Assembly: GCA_963749705.1 (NCBI GenBank)
Contig: CAVVNQ010000004.1
Span: 1-64,000 of the forward strand
Length of the DNA stretch: 64,000 nt
Reading direction: 5' to 3'
DNA from: an uncultured Chloroflexia bacterium
GTDB lineage: Bacteria > Chloroflexota > Limnocylindria > Limnocylindrales > CSP1-4
Shown: one piece after another, positions 9,017-19,303 of the stretch
Layout of the letters: each line of letters begins with the position of its first letter
Numbering within the stretch: the first letter of the stretch is position 1
The notes under the pieces: generated by a model
Told to the model about the DNA's origin: nothing
Databases searched by the model: none
Seen by the model: only the letters and a program-made list of their open reading frames with translations
Program-made: the position numbers and the translations under genes

Positions 9017-12000
9017 ATGGCGACCCACGTCTCGAGCCCGGTCATGATCGGGCGTCGCGATGAGATGCAGCGGCTGCAGACTGCGCTGGATGGCACCCGG
9101 GCGGGCCATGGCAGCACCATCCTGATCGGCGGCGAGGCGGGCGTCGGAAAGACGCGGCTGATCACCGAGCTCGGGCAGCTGGCGGCGGCCGACAACGGGC
9201 GGGTGCTCGTCGGCGGCTGCCTGGTCCTGGGTGACGGAGCCCTTCCATACGCCCCCATCGCCGAGGCACTTCGAGGCCTGTACCGGCGCTCCGACCCGGA
9301 GCTCCTCGAGCTGGTCCTCGGACAGGGCCGCGCAGAGCTCGCGCGGTTGGTGCCTGACCTCGATCCCGGGCCGCGCGTCGATCTTCCCGGACCGAGCATC
9401 GACTTCGCGCAGGCACGGCTGTTCGAGCTGCTGCTCGGCGTCCTGGAGCGCCTTGCTGCCATCGCGCCCGTCGTGCTGATCATCGAGGACCTTCACTGGT
9501 CCGATCGATCGACCCGCGACCTGCTCGGGTTCCTGGTACGGAACCTGCGCGACACGGGCGTGATGCTCGTGCTCACCTATCGCTCCGATGAGCTCCACCG
9601 GCGCCACGCGCTGCTCCCGTTCATCGCGGAGCTCGGTCGCAGCGGTCACGTCGAGCGGATCGAGCTGTCGCCATTTGACGCGCGGGAATCGGCCGATCAG
9701 CTTCGTGCGATCGCGGGGCATGACCTGCCGTCCTCGCTCGTCGAGTCGATCCACGCGCGGTCCGGCGGCAACGCGTTCTTCGCCGAGGAGCTCCTGGCGG
9801 CAGCGGGCGAGGACGGCACGACGGAGCTGCCGTCGTCGCTCCGTGACGTCCTGCTGGGGCGGATCGCGGACCTCGGCGAGCCGACGCAGGAGTTCCTGCG
9901 GATTGCATCCGCCACCGGACAGCGGGTCGATCCCTCGCTGGTGGCCCAGGCCGCGGCGATCGACGAGGCGACGCTGTACGACGCCCTGCGCGAGGCGGTT
10001 GCCCGCCAGGTGCTGGTCGGGGATCCATCGTCTGGCACGGAGCGGTACGCCTTCCGTCACTCGCTGGTCCAGGAGGCGATCTACGACGATCTGCTGCCCG
10101 GTGAGCGGAGTCGCCTGCATTCCGCGTTCGCCAGGACGCTCGAGGCATGCTGCGGGAGCGACTCGTCCCACGCCGCCGAGCTCGCCTACCACTGGCACGC
10201 GGCGAACGACCTGCCGCGGGCGCTCGGCTGGGCCGTCGCGGCGGGGGTGGCGGCCGAAGCCGCATATGCATTTGCGGAAGCGGTCACGCAATACGAGTTC
10301 GCGGTGGGGATGTGGGACCAGGTCCCCGACGCGGAGGCGCGAGCGGGCCGCGACCGCGTGGACCTCCTGGCGGCGCTGGCCGGCGTGGCGCGGTTCCACG
10401 AGCCCGCGCGAGCTGTTGCGCACATCCAGACGGCAATTCGGCTCGTCGACGAGCACACGGATCCGGTCCGCTACGGCCTGCTGCACGAGCGGCTGGGGCG
10501 GTTCGCATGGATCGCGGGCCAGGGCGTGCTGGCAGGCGAAGCGTACGCCACCGCGGTGCGGGTGATCCCCGGCGATCCCCCATCCGAGGCCAGGGCGCGG
10601 GCCATGGCCGGGCTCGCCCAGATCCTCGCCCTCGAGGCGCGCTTCGGCGAGTCGCAGGTCGTGGCGCAGGAGGCGCTCACCATCGCTCGTGCGATCGGCG
10701 CCCGCGACATCGAGGGCCACGCCCTGAACTCGCTTGCACTCGGCCTTGGCGTCTCGGGAGACATCGACAGCGGCATGCGGGACATCCGGGCCGCGCTCGC
10801 CATCGCAGAGGAGGTGGGCATCGTCGATGACATCGGCCGAGCGCACGCGAACCTCATCTGGCTGCTCGACCTCGCGGACCGGCTCGACGAGGCGGTCGAG
10901 GCAGCGCGGCACGGCGTCGTCGTCTCCGACCGCCTCGGGCTCATCCGGTTCTTCGGAGCGCACATGCTGTGCAACGAGGCCGACTGCCTGTTCCGGCTCG
11001 GTCGCTGGGACGAGTGCGAGCGAGCCGTCAGCCGTGCCGAGGACGTCGGATCACTGGGCATCAACGGGATCCTGGAGCAGGAGCTCCTCGGCCGCCTCGC
11101 CCTGTCGCGTGGACGGTTCGACGAGGCCGCCGAGCGACTTCGGCCACTGGCCCCGCTTGCCCAGCGTGCCGTGGACATCCAGTTCGTCGTCCCGGTCGAG
11201 GCAAGTCTCGCGCTGCTGGCGATCTGGCAGGGGCGACCGGGACAGGCCCTCGACCAGCTGCTGGCTGCCATTCCGAAGATCGACCTCACGCCGGAGGTAC
11301 GGATCGGGGAGCTGTACGCCATGGGCCTGCGAGCCGCGGCAGATCTCGCCGAGCTGTCCGTTGCCAGACGATCGACCGACGCCGAGCAGCGCGCCGTCGC
11401 CGCCGCCACACGGCTGCTGGCGGCGATCCGGGCTCGCCACGAGGACGTCGTCGCAACGCGCCCGGTCTTCACCGCGGGCTCGGAAGCGTGGCTGCTGCAA
11501 TGCGAGGCCGAGGTCACGCGGCTCCACCGGCGGCCAGACGCCGCGGCCTGGGTCCGTGTAGGGGAAGCCTGGCGGCGATTGCACCGCCCTTACTCGGTCG
11601 CATATGCGCGCTGGCGCGAGGCCGAGGCCAGGCTTGCGTCGCGGGGGGACCGCAGCCTCGCAGCCGCCGCGCTGCGCGCGGCGCTCGACGAGGCCCGTCG
11701 CCTGGGAGCCGAGCCGATGGCCCAGGAGCTGACGGCGCTTGCGGCGAGGGCCCGGCTCAGGATCGATCAGCAGGCGCCAGACGCCGAGGTTGGCCCGGAT
11801 CCCGCCACGGATCTGGGGCTCACCGCACGCGAAGGCGAGGTGCTCGCACTGATCGCGATCGGTCGGACCAATCGCCAGATCGCGGACGAGCTGTTCATCA
11901 GCCAGAGCACCGCCGGGGTGCACGTATCCAACATCCTGGGCAAGCTGGGAGTCACGGGCCGCGGTGAGGCGGCCGCCCTGGCCTACCGCCTCGGCCTGGT

Positions 12001-12028
12001 TGATCATCGCCACGCCGAGGGTACCTAG
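9017..12028 (+). CDS. LAL-type regulator (AAA ATPase + TPR-like + LuxR HTH)
   Basis: GEAGVGKT, IIEDLHWSD, GGNAFF, C-terminal LTAREGEVL...HVSNILGKLGV. Confidence 0.92.
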   Translation: MATHVSSPVMIGRRDEMQRLQTALDGTRAGHGSTILIGGEAGVGKTRLITELGQLAAADNGRVLVGGCLVLGDGALPYAPIAEALRGLYRRSDPELLELVLGQGRAELARLVPDLDPGPRVDLPGPSIDFAQARLFELLLGVLERLAAIAPVVLIIEDLHWSDRSTRDLLGFLVRNLRDTGVMLVLTYRSDELHRRHALLPFIAELGRSGHVERIELSPFDARESADQLRAIAGHDLPSSLVESIHARSGGNAFFAEELLAAAGEDGTTELPSSLRDVLLGRIADLGEPTQEFLRIASATGQRVDPSLVAQAAAIDEATLYDALREAVARQVLVGDPSSGTERYAFRHSLVQEAIYDDLLPGERSRLHSAFARTLEACCGSDSSHAAELAYHWHAANDLPRALGWAVAAGVAAEAAYAFAEAVTQYEFAVGMWDQVPDAEARAGRDRVDLLAALAGVARFHEPARAVAHIQTAIRLVDEHTDPVRYGLLHERLGRFAWIAGQGVLAGEAYATAVRVIPGDPPSEARARAMAGLAQILALEARFGESQVVAQEALTIARAIGARDIEGHALNSLALGLGVSGDIDSGMRDIRAALAIAEEVGIVDDIGRAHANLIWLLDLADRLDEAVEAARHGVVVSDRLGLIRFFGAHMLCNEADCLFRLGRWDECERAVSRAEDVGSLGINGILEQELLGRLALSRGRFDEAAERLRPLAPLAQRAVDIQFVVPVEASLALLAIWQGRPGQALDQLLAAIPKIDLTPEVRIGELYAMGLRAAADLAELSVARRSTDAEQRAVAAATRLLAAIRARHEDVVATRPVFTAGSEAWLLQCEAEVTRLHRRPDAAAWVRVGEAWRRLHRPYSVAYARWREAEARLASRGDRSLAAAALRAALDEARRLGAEPMAQELTALAARARLRIDQQAPDAEVGPDPATDLGLTAREGEVLALIAIGRTNRQIADELFISQSTAGVHVSNILGKLGVTGRGEAAALAYRLGLVDHRHAEGT

Positions 12029-12106
12029 CTCCGCTCACGGATCCGGTCGGCACGAGGCGGAGGCGTCGGCGCCGGGCCGTTGACGCTCCCGGATAGCATC
12101 TGGCTC

Positions 12107-13474
12107 ATGGCCGAGCGTCCCGCGGCAGCCGCGCCGACAGCGCCGCTGTCCCCTACCCCGCACCGCGTCGTCGTGATCGGTGGCGGCTTTGCCGGCCTGT
12201 ATGCGACACGGACCCTGGGCAAGGCGGGCAATCGGGTCGCCGTCACCCTCGTCGACCGCCGGAACCACCACCTGTTCCAGCCCCTGCTGTACCAGGTGGC
12301 GACCGGCGCCCTGTCCCCGGGCGACATCGCCCAGCCGTTGCGATCGATCTTCCGGAGGCAACGCAACACGCGCGTGCTCCTGGGCGAGGCAGTTGGCCTG
12401 GATCCGGCGACCCGCGAGGTCGAGCTCTCCGACGGCCTGCGGCTCCCGTACGACACCCTGATCGTGGCCACCGGCGCCCACCACTCGTACTTTGGCCACG
12501 ATGAATGGGCGCCGTTCGCGCCCGGCCTCAAGACCATCGACGACGCCATCGAGATCCGGCGGCGGATCCTGATCGCCTTCGAGGCAGCCGAGCGCGAGGC
12601 CGTGCCGGAGCTTCGCCGGGCGTGGATGACGTTCGTGATCGTGGGCGGCGGCCCGACGGGCGCGGAGCTCGCCGGCGCCCTGGGCGAGATCGCCAACGAC
12701 ACGCTGCGCCAGGACTTCCGGTCGATCCGACCCCAGGATGCATGCATCTACCTGGTCGAGGCGCTGGACCGGATCCTGCCGCCCTACCCGCCCGACCGGT
12801 CGGCGTCGGCGGCGCGCCAGCTGGAACGTCTGGGCGTCACGGTGCGCACCGGCACCCGGGTCGTGGGCATCGATGCCGAGGGCGTCCATGTCGAGACGCC
12901 GTCGGGCCCCGAGCAGATCCCATGCCGGACGGTGCTGTGGGCCGCGGGCGTGCTGGCCTCGTCGTTCGGACGCAAGGTCGCCGAGGCGACCGGCGCCGAG
13001 ACCGATCGCAGCGGGCGCGTCCGTGTGGGACCCGACCTCACCATTCCCGGGCATCCCGAGATCTTCCTGGTCGGCGATGCGGCAGTGCAACCGTGGAAGC
13101 GCGACCGCCCGGTCCCGGGTGTCGCGCAGGGCGGCATCCAGGCTGGCAAGTACGCGGGGCAGACGGTCCTGCGGCGCCTGGACGGGGAGGTGACGCACCG
13201 GTTCCACTACAGCGATCGGGGGGAGGTCGCGGTCATCGGCCGGCTGTCCGGGGTGACCAACATCCCGTGGCTCGGACCGCTCGGCCGGCAGGGCGGGTTC
13301 ACCGCCTGGCTGCTGTGGCTGGGGATCCACATCCTGTACCTGATCGGGTTCGCGAACCGGATCGTGGTGTCCGTGCGGTGGGCGTGGTCGTTCCTGACCC
13401 GCGGTCGCTCGACCCGGTTGATCACCGGATCGCCGCTGGTACCGCCCATCGAGGAGCCCGAAACGCCGTCGTAG
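12107..13474 (+). CDS. ndh: type II NADH dehydrogenase
   Basis: GGGFAG, FQPLLYQVATG, GGGPTGAELAG, WAAG. Confidence 0.9.
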   Translation: MAERPAAAAPTAPLSPTPHRVVVIGGGFAGLYATRTLGKAGNRVAVTLVDRRNHHLFQPLLYQVATGALSPGDIAQPLRSIFRRQRNTRVLLGEAVGLDPATREVELSDGLRLPYDTLIVATGAHHSYFGHDEWAPFAPGLKTIDDAIEIRRRILIAFEAAEREAVPELRRAWMTFVIVGGGPTGAELAGALGEIANDTLRQDFRSIRPQDACIYLVEALDRILPPYPPDRSASAARQLERLGVTVRTGTRVVGIDAEGVHVETPSGPEQIPCRTVLWAAGVLASSFGRKVAEATGAETDRSGRVRVGPDLTIPGHPEIFLVGDAAVQPWKRDRPVPGVAQGGIQAGKYAGQTVLRRLDGEVTHRFHYSDRGEVAVIGRLSGVTNIPWLGPLGRQGGFTAWLLWLGIHILYLIGFANRIVVSVRWAWSFLTRGRSTRLITGSPLVPPIEEPETPS

Positions 13475-13530
13475 CGGGCGCCGGCACCGGCGCATCCGAG
13501 CGCCGCCCGCGCCGGCATCGCCGGGCCGCC

Positions 13531-13616
13531 TGGCCCTTCGGACCCGTGCCGTCCGGGCAATTCCGGTGACCGCCGGGCCGAAATGACAGGTCCGAACGAC
13601 TGCCAACGTTCGGCGC
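13531..13616. promoter_or_regulatory. repeated GG(G/T)CCGAA motifs upstream of nifJ (possible DevR-like boxes)
   Basis: Copies at 13537-13544 (-), 13575-13582 (+), 13589-13596 (+). Confidence 0.35.
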
Positions 13617-13726
13617 CCGAGGCGCAAACTATCGATGGAGCCCGGGCCGCGCCGCCCGCACGTCTCCACGCCCCGTCGCCCCCAGAGTCCGGGTGGCCGG
13701 CGCCGCCCGAAAGGATGCAGCAACCC

Positions 13727-16700
13727 ATGGATCAGCGCTGGGAATGCCTCGATGGCAACGAAGCGGCCGCGCGTGTCGCCTATCCGCTGAGCGAGGTCAT
13801 CTCGATCTTCCCGATCACCCCTGCCTCGCCGATGGCGGAGCACTGCGACGACTGGGCGGCGGCCGGCAAGCCGAACCTGTGGGGCACGGTGCCCGACGTC
13901 GTCGAGATGCAGTCGGAGGGTGGCGCCGCGGGCGCGATGCACGGCGCGCTCCAGAAGGGCGCGCTGGCCACGACCTTCACGGCCTCCCAGGGCCTGCTGC
14001 TGATGATCCCCAACATGTTCAAGATCGCGGGCGAGCTGACGCCTGCGGTCATCCACGTGGCGGCGCGGACCATCGCGACCCATGCCCTGTCGATCTTCGG
14101 CGACCACAGCGACGTGATGCATGCTCGCGCGACGGGCTGGGCGATGCTGGCCGCCGGATCGGTCCAGGAGGCGCACGACTTCGCGCTGGTGGCCCATGCG
14201 GCAACGCTGCGGACCCGGGTCCCGTTCCTGCACTTCTTCGACGGCTTCCGGACCTCGCACGAGGTCAACAAGATCGCGCTGCTGTCCGAGGCGGACCTGA
14301 AGGCCCTCGTGCGGGCGGACGACGTGCTCGCGTTCCGGTCACGCGGCCTCACGCCGGAGGCACCCGTGGTGCGGGGCACCGCCCAGAACCCTGACGCGTT
14401 CTTCCAGGCACGCGAGGCGTGCAACCCGTTCTACGACGCGGTGCCCGGGGTCGTCCAGCAGGTCATGGACGAGCTCGGCGAGCGGACCGGCCGGCACTAC
14501 AGCCTCGCCGACTACCACGGCGCCCCCGACGCGGAGCGCGTGATCGTGATCATGGGCTCGGGCGCGGGCGCGGTCGAGGAGACCGTCGACGCGCTCGTCG
14601 CCGGCGGCGAGAAGGTCGGGACGCTGTGCATCCGCCTGTTCCAGCCGTTCCCCTCCGAGGCGGTCCTCGCGGCCCTGCCGTCGAGCGTTCGATCGATCGC
14701 GGTCCTCGACCGGACCAAGGAGCCGGGCGCGGTCGGTGAGCCGATGTACCAGGCGCTGGTCGCCACGATCGCCGAGGCGATGGACGCGGACGAGCCGCCG
14801 TTCGCCACCGCGCCCCGGGTGTTCGGTGGCCGCTACGGCCTGTCGTCCAAGGAGCTCACGCCGGGGATGGTCAAGCCGATCTTCGACGAGCTGGCGACGG
14901 ACCGGCCCAAGCGGCACTTCACGGTCGGCATCTACGACGACGTCACCCACCTGAGCCTGCCGATCGAGGCGGAGTTCAGCACTCCCCGCCCCAAGGGCGA
15001 GGTCCAGGCGCTGTTCTTCGGGCTCGGCTCGGACGGGACGGTCGGCGCCAACAAGGCCTCGGTCAAGATCATCGGCGAGGGCACGGACCTGTTCGCCCAG
15101 GGCTACTTCGTCTACGACTCCAAGAAGTCGGGCGGGATCACCGTCTCGCACCTCCGGTTCGGACCGAAGCCGATCAGGTCGGCGTATCTCATCGGCGCGG
15201 CCGACTTCATCGCCTGCCACCAGTTCGGCCTGCTCGAGAAGATCGGCGTGCTCGACGCGGCCAAGCCGGGCGCGACGTTCCTGCTCAACTCGCCCTACGG
15301 TCCCGACGAGGTCTGGGAGCACCTCCCGCGCGAGGTCCAGCAGCAGCTGATCGACAAGTCGATCGACCTGTGGGTCATCGACGCGTTCGCGGTCGCCACC
15401 GAGGTCGGCATGGGCAACCGCATCAACACGGTGATGCAGCCCTGCTTCTTCCACCTGTCGGGTGTGCTGCCGGCCGCCGATGCGATCGCGCGGATCAAGA
15501 ACAACGTCGAGAAGACGTACGCCAAGCGCGGCCAGTCCGTCGTGGACCGCAACTTCGCCGCCATCGACCTCTCGATCGAGCGGCTCGGTCACGTCAAGCT
15601 GGGCCCGGTGGCCACCGGCCACGAGATCCCGCTGCTCGTACCGGACACCGCCCCGGACTTCGTGAAGCACGTGACCGCGGCCCTCATGGCCGGCGACGGC
15701 GACCTGCTGCCGGTCAGCGCGTTCCCCGTGGACGGGAGCTTCCCGGTCGGGACCACGAAGTACGAGAAGCGCGCGATCGCCCACGAGATCCCGATCTGGG
15801 ACCCCTCGATCTGCATCGACTGCGGCAAGTGCGCGATGGTCTGCCCGCACGCCGCGATCCGGATGAAGGTGTTCCCGGCCGGCGCCGAGGACGGTGCTCC
15901 CGCGAGCTTCCAGAGCAAGGAGTTCAAGTCGCGGGACCTGCTGGATCACCGGATCACGATCCAGGTCGCCCCGGACGACTGCACCGGGTGCGGCGTGTGC
16001 GTGGACGTCTGCCCGGCCAAGAGCAAGACCGAGGTCAAGCACAAGTCGATCAACATGGAGCCGGCCGAGGACCATCGCGACCTGGAGCGGCCGAACTTCG
16101 ACTTCTTCCTCCAGATCCCGCCGCTCGATCGCGGCCTGATCCCGCACGACACCGTCAAGGGCGCGGCCGTGCTCGATCCCCTGTTCGAGTTCTCGCTCGC
16201 CTGCAACGGCTGCGGCGAGACCCCCTACCTGCGCCTGGTGAGCCAGCTGTTCGGCGACCGGATGATCGTGGCCAACGCGACCGGCTGCTCCTCGATCTAC
16301 GGCGCCAACCTGCCGACCACGCCGTGGACCTCGAACGCCGAGGGACGCGGGCCCGCGTGGGCAAACTCGCTGTTCGAGGACAACGCCGAGTTCGGTCTCG
16401 GGATGCGGCTCGCGGCCGACGCCCAGAACGGCCTCGCGCGATCGCTGCTCGAGAAGCTCGCCCCGGTCGTCGGGGAGGACCTGGTCCGGGAGCTGCTCGA
16501 CAGCCCCCAGGACAGCGACCCGGAGGTTGCCGCGCAGCGGGCCCGCGTGGAGCGCCTCCGCCTGGCGCTCGCAGGCGTCGACGGCGACCATGCCGCCGAT
16601 GCCCGGCAGCTGCTCGCGGTGAGCGCCGACCTCGTCCGCCAGGGCGTCTGGATCATCGGCGGCGACGGGTGGGCATACGACATCGGGTTCGGCGGCCTCG

Positions 16701-17377
16701 ACCAGGTCCTGAGCTCGGGTCGCAACGTCAACGTCCTGGTCCTCGACACCGAGGTCTACTCCAACACCGGTGGCCAGGCGTCCAAGGCCACCCCGCGCGG
16801 TGCCGTGGCCAAGTTCGCGGCGGCGGGCAAGCCCACCGCCAAGAAGGACCTGGGCGCCATCGCCCGCTCCTACGGCAACGTGTTCGTGGCCCAGGTCTCG
16901 ATGGGTGCCAACGACGCCCAGACGATCAAGGCGCTGCTCGAGGCGGATGCCTGGCCGGGGCCGTCCCTGGTCATCGCCTACAGCACGTGCATCGCGCACG
17001 GGATCGACATGAGCAAGTCGATGTCCCACCAGAAGGACGCGGTCAAGAGCGGCTACTGGCCGCTGTACCGATACCAGCCCAGCGAGGTCGAGGACGGCCA
17101 GCCATTCAAGCTGGACTCCGGCAAGCCATCGATCCCGGTCCGGGACTTCGTGGCCACCGAGACGCGGTTCGCGATCCTCGAGCGCACGAACCCGGAGCGG
17201 GCCGCGGAGCTCGCCGCGCTGGCCCAGGCCGATGCCGACGAGCGATGGCGCTACTACCAGCAGCTGGCCGGGATCCACCGCAGCGTGCCGCACATCGAGC
17301 CGGTCGACACCCACGCGGACGACGAGGCCGCAGCGATCACGATCGGCAGCGACAACGGGAAGGGGCAACCGGCATGA
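13727..17377 (+). CDS. nifJ: pyruvate:ferredoxin/flavodoxin oxidoreductase
   Basis: DGNEAAA, FPITPASPM, EMQSEGGAAG, two CxxCxxCxxxCP, GGDGWAYDIG, YSNTGGQ. Confidence 0.97.
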   Translation: MDQRWECLDGNEAAARVAYPLSEVISIFPITPASPMAEHCDDWAAAGKPNLWGTVPDVVEMQSEGGAAGAMHGALQKGALATTFTASQGLLLMIPNMFKIAGELTPAVIHVAARTIATHALSIFGDHSDVMHARATGWAMLAAGSVQEAHDFALVAHAATLRTRVPFLHFFDGFRTSHEVNKIALLSEADLKALVRADDVLAFRSRGLTPEAPVVRGTAQNPDAFFQAREACNPFYDAVPGVVQQVMDELGERTGRHYSLADYHGAPDAERVIVIMGSGAGAVEETVDALVAGGEKVGTLCIRLFQPFPSEAVLAALPSSVRSIAVLDRTKEPGAVGEPMYQALVATIAEAMDADEPPFATAPRVFGGRYGLSSKELTPGMVKPIFDELATDRPKRHFTVGIYDDVTHLSLPIEAEFSTPRPKGEVQALFFGLGSDGTVGANKASVKIIGEGTDLFAQGYFVYDSKKSGGITVSHLRFGPKPIRSAYLIGAADFIACHQFGLLEKIGVLDAAKPGATFLLNSPYGPDEVWEHLPREVQQQLIDKSIDLWVIDAFAVATEVGMGNRINTVMQPCFFHLSGVLPAADAIARIKNNVEKTYAKRGQSVVDRNFAAIDLSIERLGHVKLGPVATGHEIPLLVPDTAPDFVKHVTAALMAGDGDLLPVSAFPVDGSFPVGTTKYEKRAIAHEIPIWDPSICIDCGKCAMVCPHAAIRMKVFPAGAEDGAPASFQSKEFKSRDLLDHRITIQVAPDDCTGCGVCVDVCPAKSKTEVKHKSINMEPAEDHRDLERPNFDFFLQIPPLDRGLIPHDTVKGAAVLDPLFEFSLACNGCGETPYLRLVSQLFGDRMIVANATGCSSIYGANLPTTPWTSNAEGRGPAWANSLFEDNAEFGLGMRLAADAQNGLARSLLEKLAPVVGEDLVRELLDSPQDSDPEVAAQRARVERLRLALAGVDGDHAADARQLLAVSADLVRQGVWIIGGDGWAYDIGFGGLDQVLSSGRNVNVLVLDTEVYSNTGGQASKATPRGAVAKFAAAGKPTAKKDLGAIARSYGNVFVAQVSMGANDAQTIKALLEADAWPGPSLVIAYSTCIAHGIDMSKSMSHQKDAVKSGYWPLYRYQPSEVEDGQPFKLDSGKPSIPVRDFVATETRFAILERTNPERAAELAALAQADADERWRYYQQLAGIHRSVPHIEPVDTHADDEAAAITIGSDNGKGQPA

Positions 17378-18399
17378 CCGTCGACCTGCGCACCAGCTAC
17401 CTGGGCCTCGACCTTCGCTCACCCATCGTCGCGTCCGCGTCGCCACTGACCGGCGAGCTGGCCTCGGCGCGCCAGCTCGAGGCGGCGGGTGCCGCGGCAA
17501 TCGTGCTGCCGTCGCTGTTCGAGGAGGAGATCCTCAACGAGGAGCTCGAGCTCAGCCGGTCGCTCGACGCCGGCACCGAGCAGTTTGCGGAGGCCATCAA
17601 CTACTTCCCGTCGATCGCGACCTACTTCGGCACCGGGGACCGCTACCTCGCCCGGCTCGAGCGGTACAAGGCCGAGCTGGGCGTGCCGATCATCGCCAGC
17701 CTCAACGCCACGACGGTGGGTGGCTGGGTGCGCTACGCGCGGCTGATCCAGGATGCAGGCGCCGATGCGCTCGAGCTCAACCTGTACCACGTCGCGGCGG
17801 ACCCGGCGATGACCGCCGACGATCGCGAGGCCGCCGACCTGGAGCTGATCGCCGCCGTGCGAGCCGCGGTGACGATCCCGCTCGCGGTCAAGCTGAGCCC
17901 CTACTACTCGGCGTTTGCGAGCTTCGCCGCCGCGGTACGTGCCGCCGGGGCGGACGGGTTGGTCCTGTTCAACCGCTTCTACCAGCCCGACCTCGATCTG
18001 GAGACGCTGGACATCGTCAACCGCGTGGACCTGAGCCACCCGACCGACCTGCGCCTGCCGCTGCGCTGGATCGCGATCCTCCGCCCGCAGCTCGGCCCGG
18101 ACGTGGCGATCGCCGCGACCTCGGGGATCCACTCCGGGACGGATGCGGTCAAGGGGCTGCTGGTCGGCGCCGACGTGGTGATGATGACGTCGGCCGTGCT
18201 GCGCAACGGTCCGGAGCACGTTCGCTCCGTCGAGTCCGGGCTGGTGGCCTGGATGGAGGAGCGCGAGTACGAGTCGGTCGCCCAGCTGCGCGGGAGCGCG
18301 AGCGCCGCCGCCATCGAGGATCCGTCGGCGTTCGAGCGTGCCAACTACATGGCCACGCTCCATTCCTGGTCGACGCCACCGGAGCTCACCCCCGCCTGA
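17374..18399 (+). CDS. dihydroorotate dehydrogenase-like flavoprotein
   Basis: ATGA overlap with nifJ; DLRTSYLGL, VKLSPYY, LVLFNRFYQPD; lacks NxSCPN. Confidence 0.85.
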   Translation: MTVDLRTSYLGLDLRSPIVASASPLTGELASARQLEAAGAAAIVLPSLFEEEILNEELELSRSLDAGTEQFAEAINYFPSIATYFGTGDRYLARLERYKAELGVPIIASLNATTVGGWVRYARLIQDAGADALELNLYHVAADPAMTADDREAADLELIAAVRAAVTIPLAVKLSPYYSAFASFAAAVRAAGADGLVLFNRFYQPDLDLETLDIVNRVDLSHPTDLRLPLRWIAILRPQLGPDVAIAATSGIHSGTDAVKGLLVGADVVMMTSAVLRNGPEHVRSVESGLVAWMEEREYESVAQLRGSASAAAIEDPSAFERANYMATLHSWSTPPELTPA

Positions 18400-18426
18400 G
18401 CGTCGGGCGCCATCGAGGAGACATCG

Positions 18427-19260
18427 ATGCGCTACGCGATCGACATCGCGCCGCTGGGCGAGCTGGCGGATCCGCACGCCATCGTCCGGCTCGCCGTCGC
18501 CGCGGAGGCTGCGGGCTGGGACGGCCTGTCCATCTGGGACAGCCTGGGCCTCGGCATGGGCACGACGGCCAGCGATCCGTTCGTAACCCTTGCGGCGGTC
18601 GCGTCAGCGACGACCCGGCTGCGGCTCATCCTGTCCGTCGTCGCCCTGCCCCGCCACCGGCCGCAGCTGGTCGCACAGTCGGCCTGGACCCTGGACCGGT
18701 GGACCGAGGGCCGGTTCGTGCTCGGCGTGGGCAGCGGCGGGGACCGGGCCGACTTCGAGGCCTTCGGCGAGCCGTTCGACGGGACTCGAACCGCGTTGAT
18801 GGACGAGAGCATCGGGCTCGTCGACGCCTACCTCCGGGCCGAGGTCGTCACCCACGACGGTCCGGCCTACACGGCTCGGGGGATCGCCGTGTGCCAGGCG
18901 CCGGCGGAGCCGCCCCGGCCGCCGATCTGGCTGGGGGGCATGAAGCCGGGTGCGCTCCGGCGCGCAGCGCGCTGGGACGGCTGGATCGGGATCGCCACGT
19001 CCGAGGATGGCTCCGGGATGGCGTTGACGCCGGCCGCCTTCGGCGAGATGGTGAACCGCGTGAACGGCGAGCGGGAGATCGCGGGCCGGTCGGACGCCCC
19101 GTTCGATGTCGCCCTGTTTGCGCTCTCGGAGCCGTCCGAGCGCGAGCTCGTGCGGGCCTACGAGGACGCGGGCGCGACCTGGTGGCTGGAGAGCCTGTCG
19201 CCGACACGTGGCTCGATGGACAGGCTGCTGGCCCGGGTGGAGGCGGGTCCGCCCCGCTGA
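18427..19260 (+). CDS. LLM-class flavin-dependent oxidoreductase
   Basis: AEAAGWDG, GRFVLGVGSG, PPIWLGG. Confidence 0.85.
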   Translation: MRYAIDIAPLGELADPHAIVRLAVAAEAAGWDGLSIWDSLGLGMGTTASDPFVTLAAVASATTRLRLILSVVALPRHRPQLVAQSAWTLDRWTEGRFVLGVGSGGDRADFEAFGEPFDGTRTALMDESIGLVDAYLRAEVVTHDGPAYTARGIAVCQAPAEPPRPPIWLGGMKPGALRRAARWDGWIGIATSEDGSGMALTPAAFGEMVNRVNGEREIAGRSDAPFDVALFALSEPSERELVRAYEDAGATWWLESLSPTRGSMDRLLARVEAGPPR

Positions 19261-19303
19261 GACCGTCGCCGGGACCGCCCCGGGCGAACGGCACGATGCG
19301 TGC

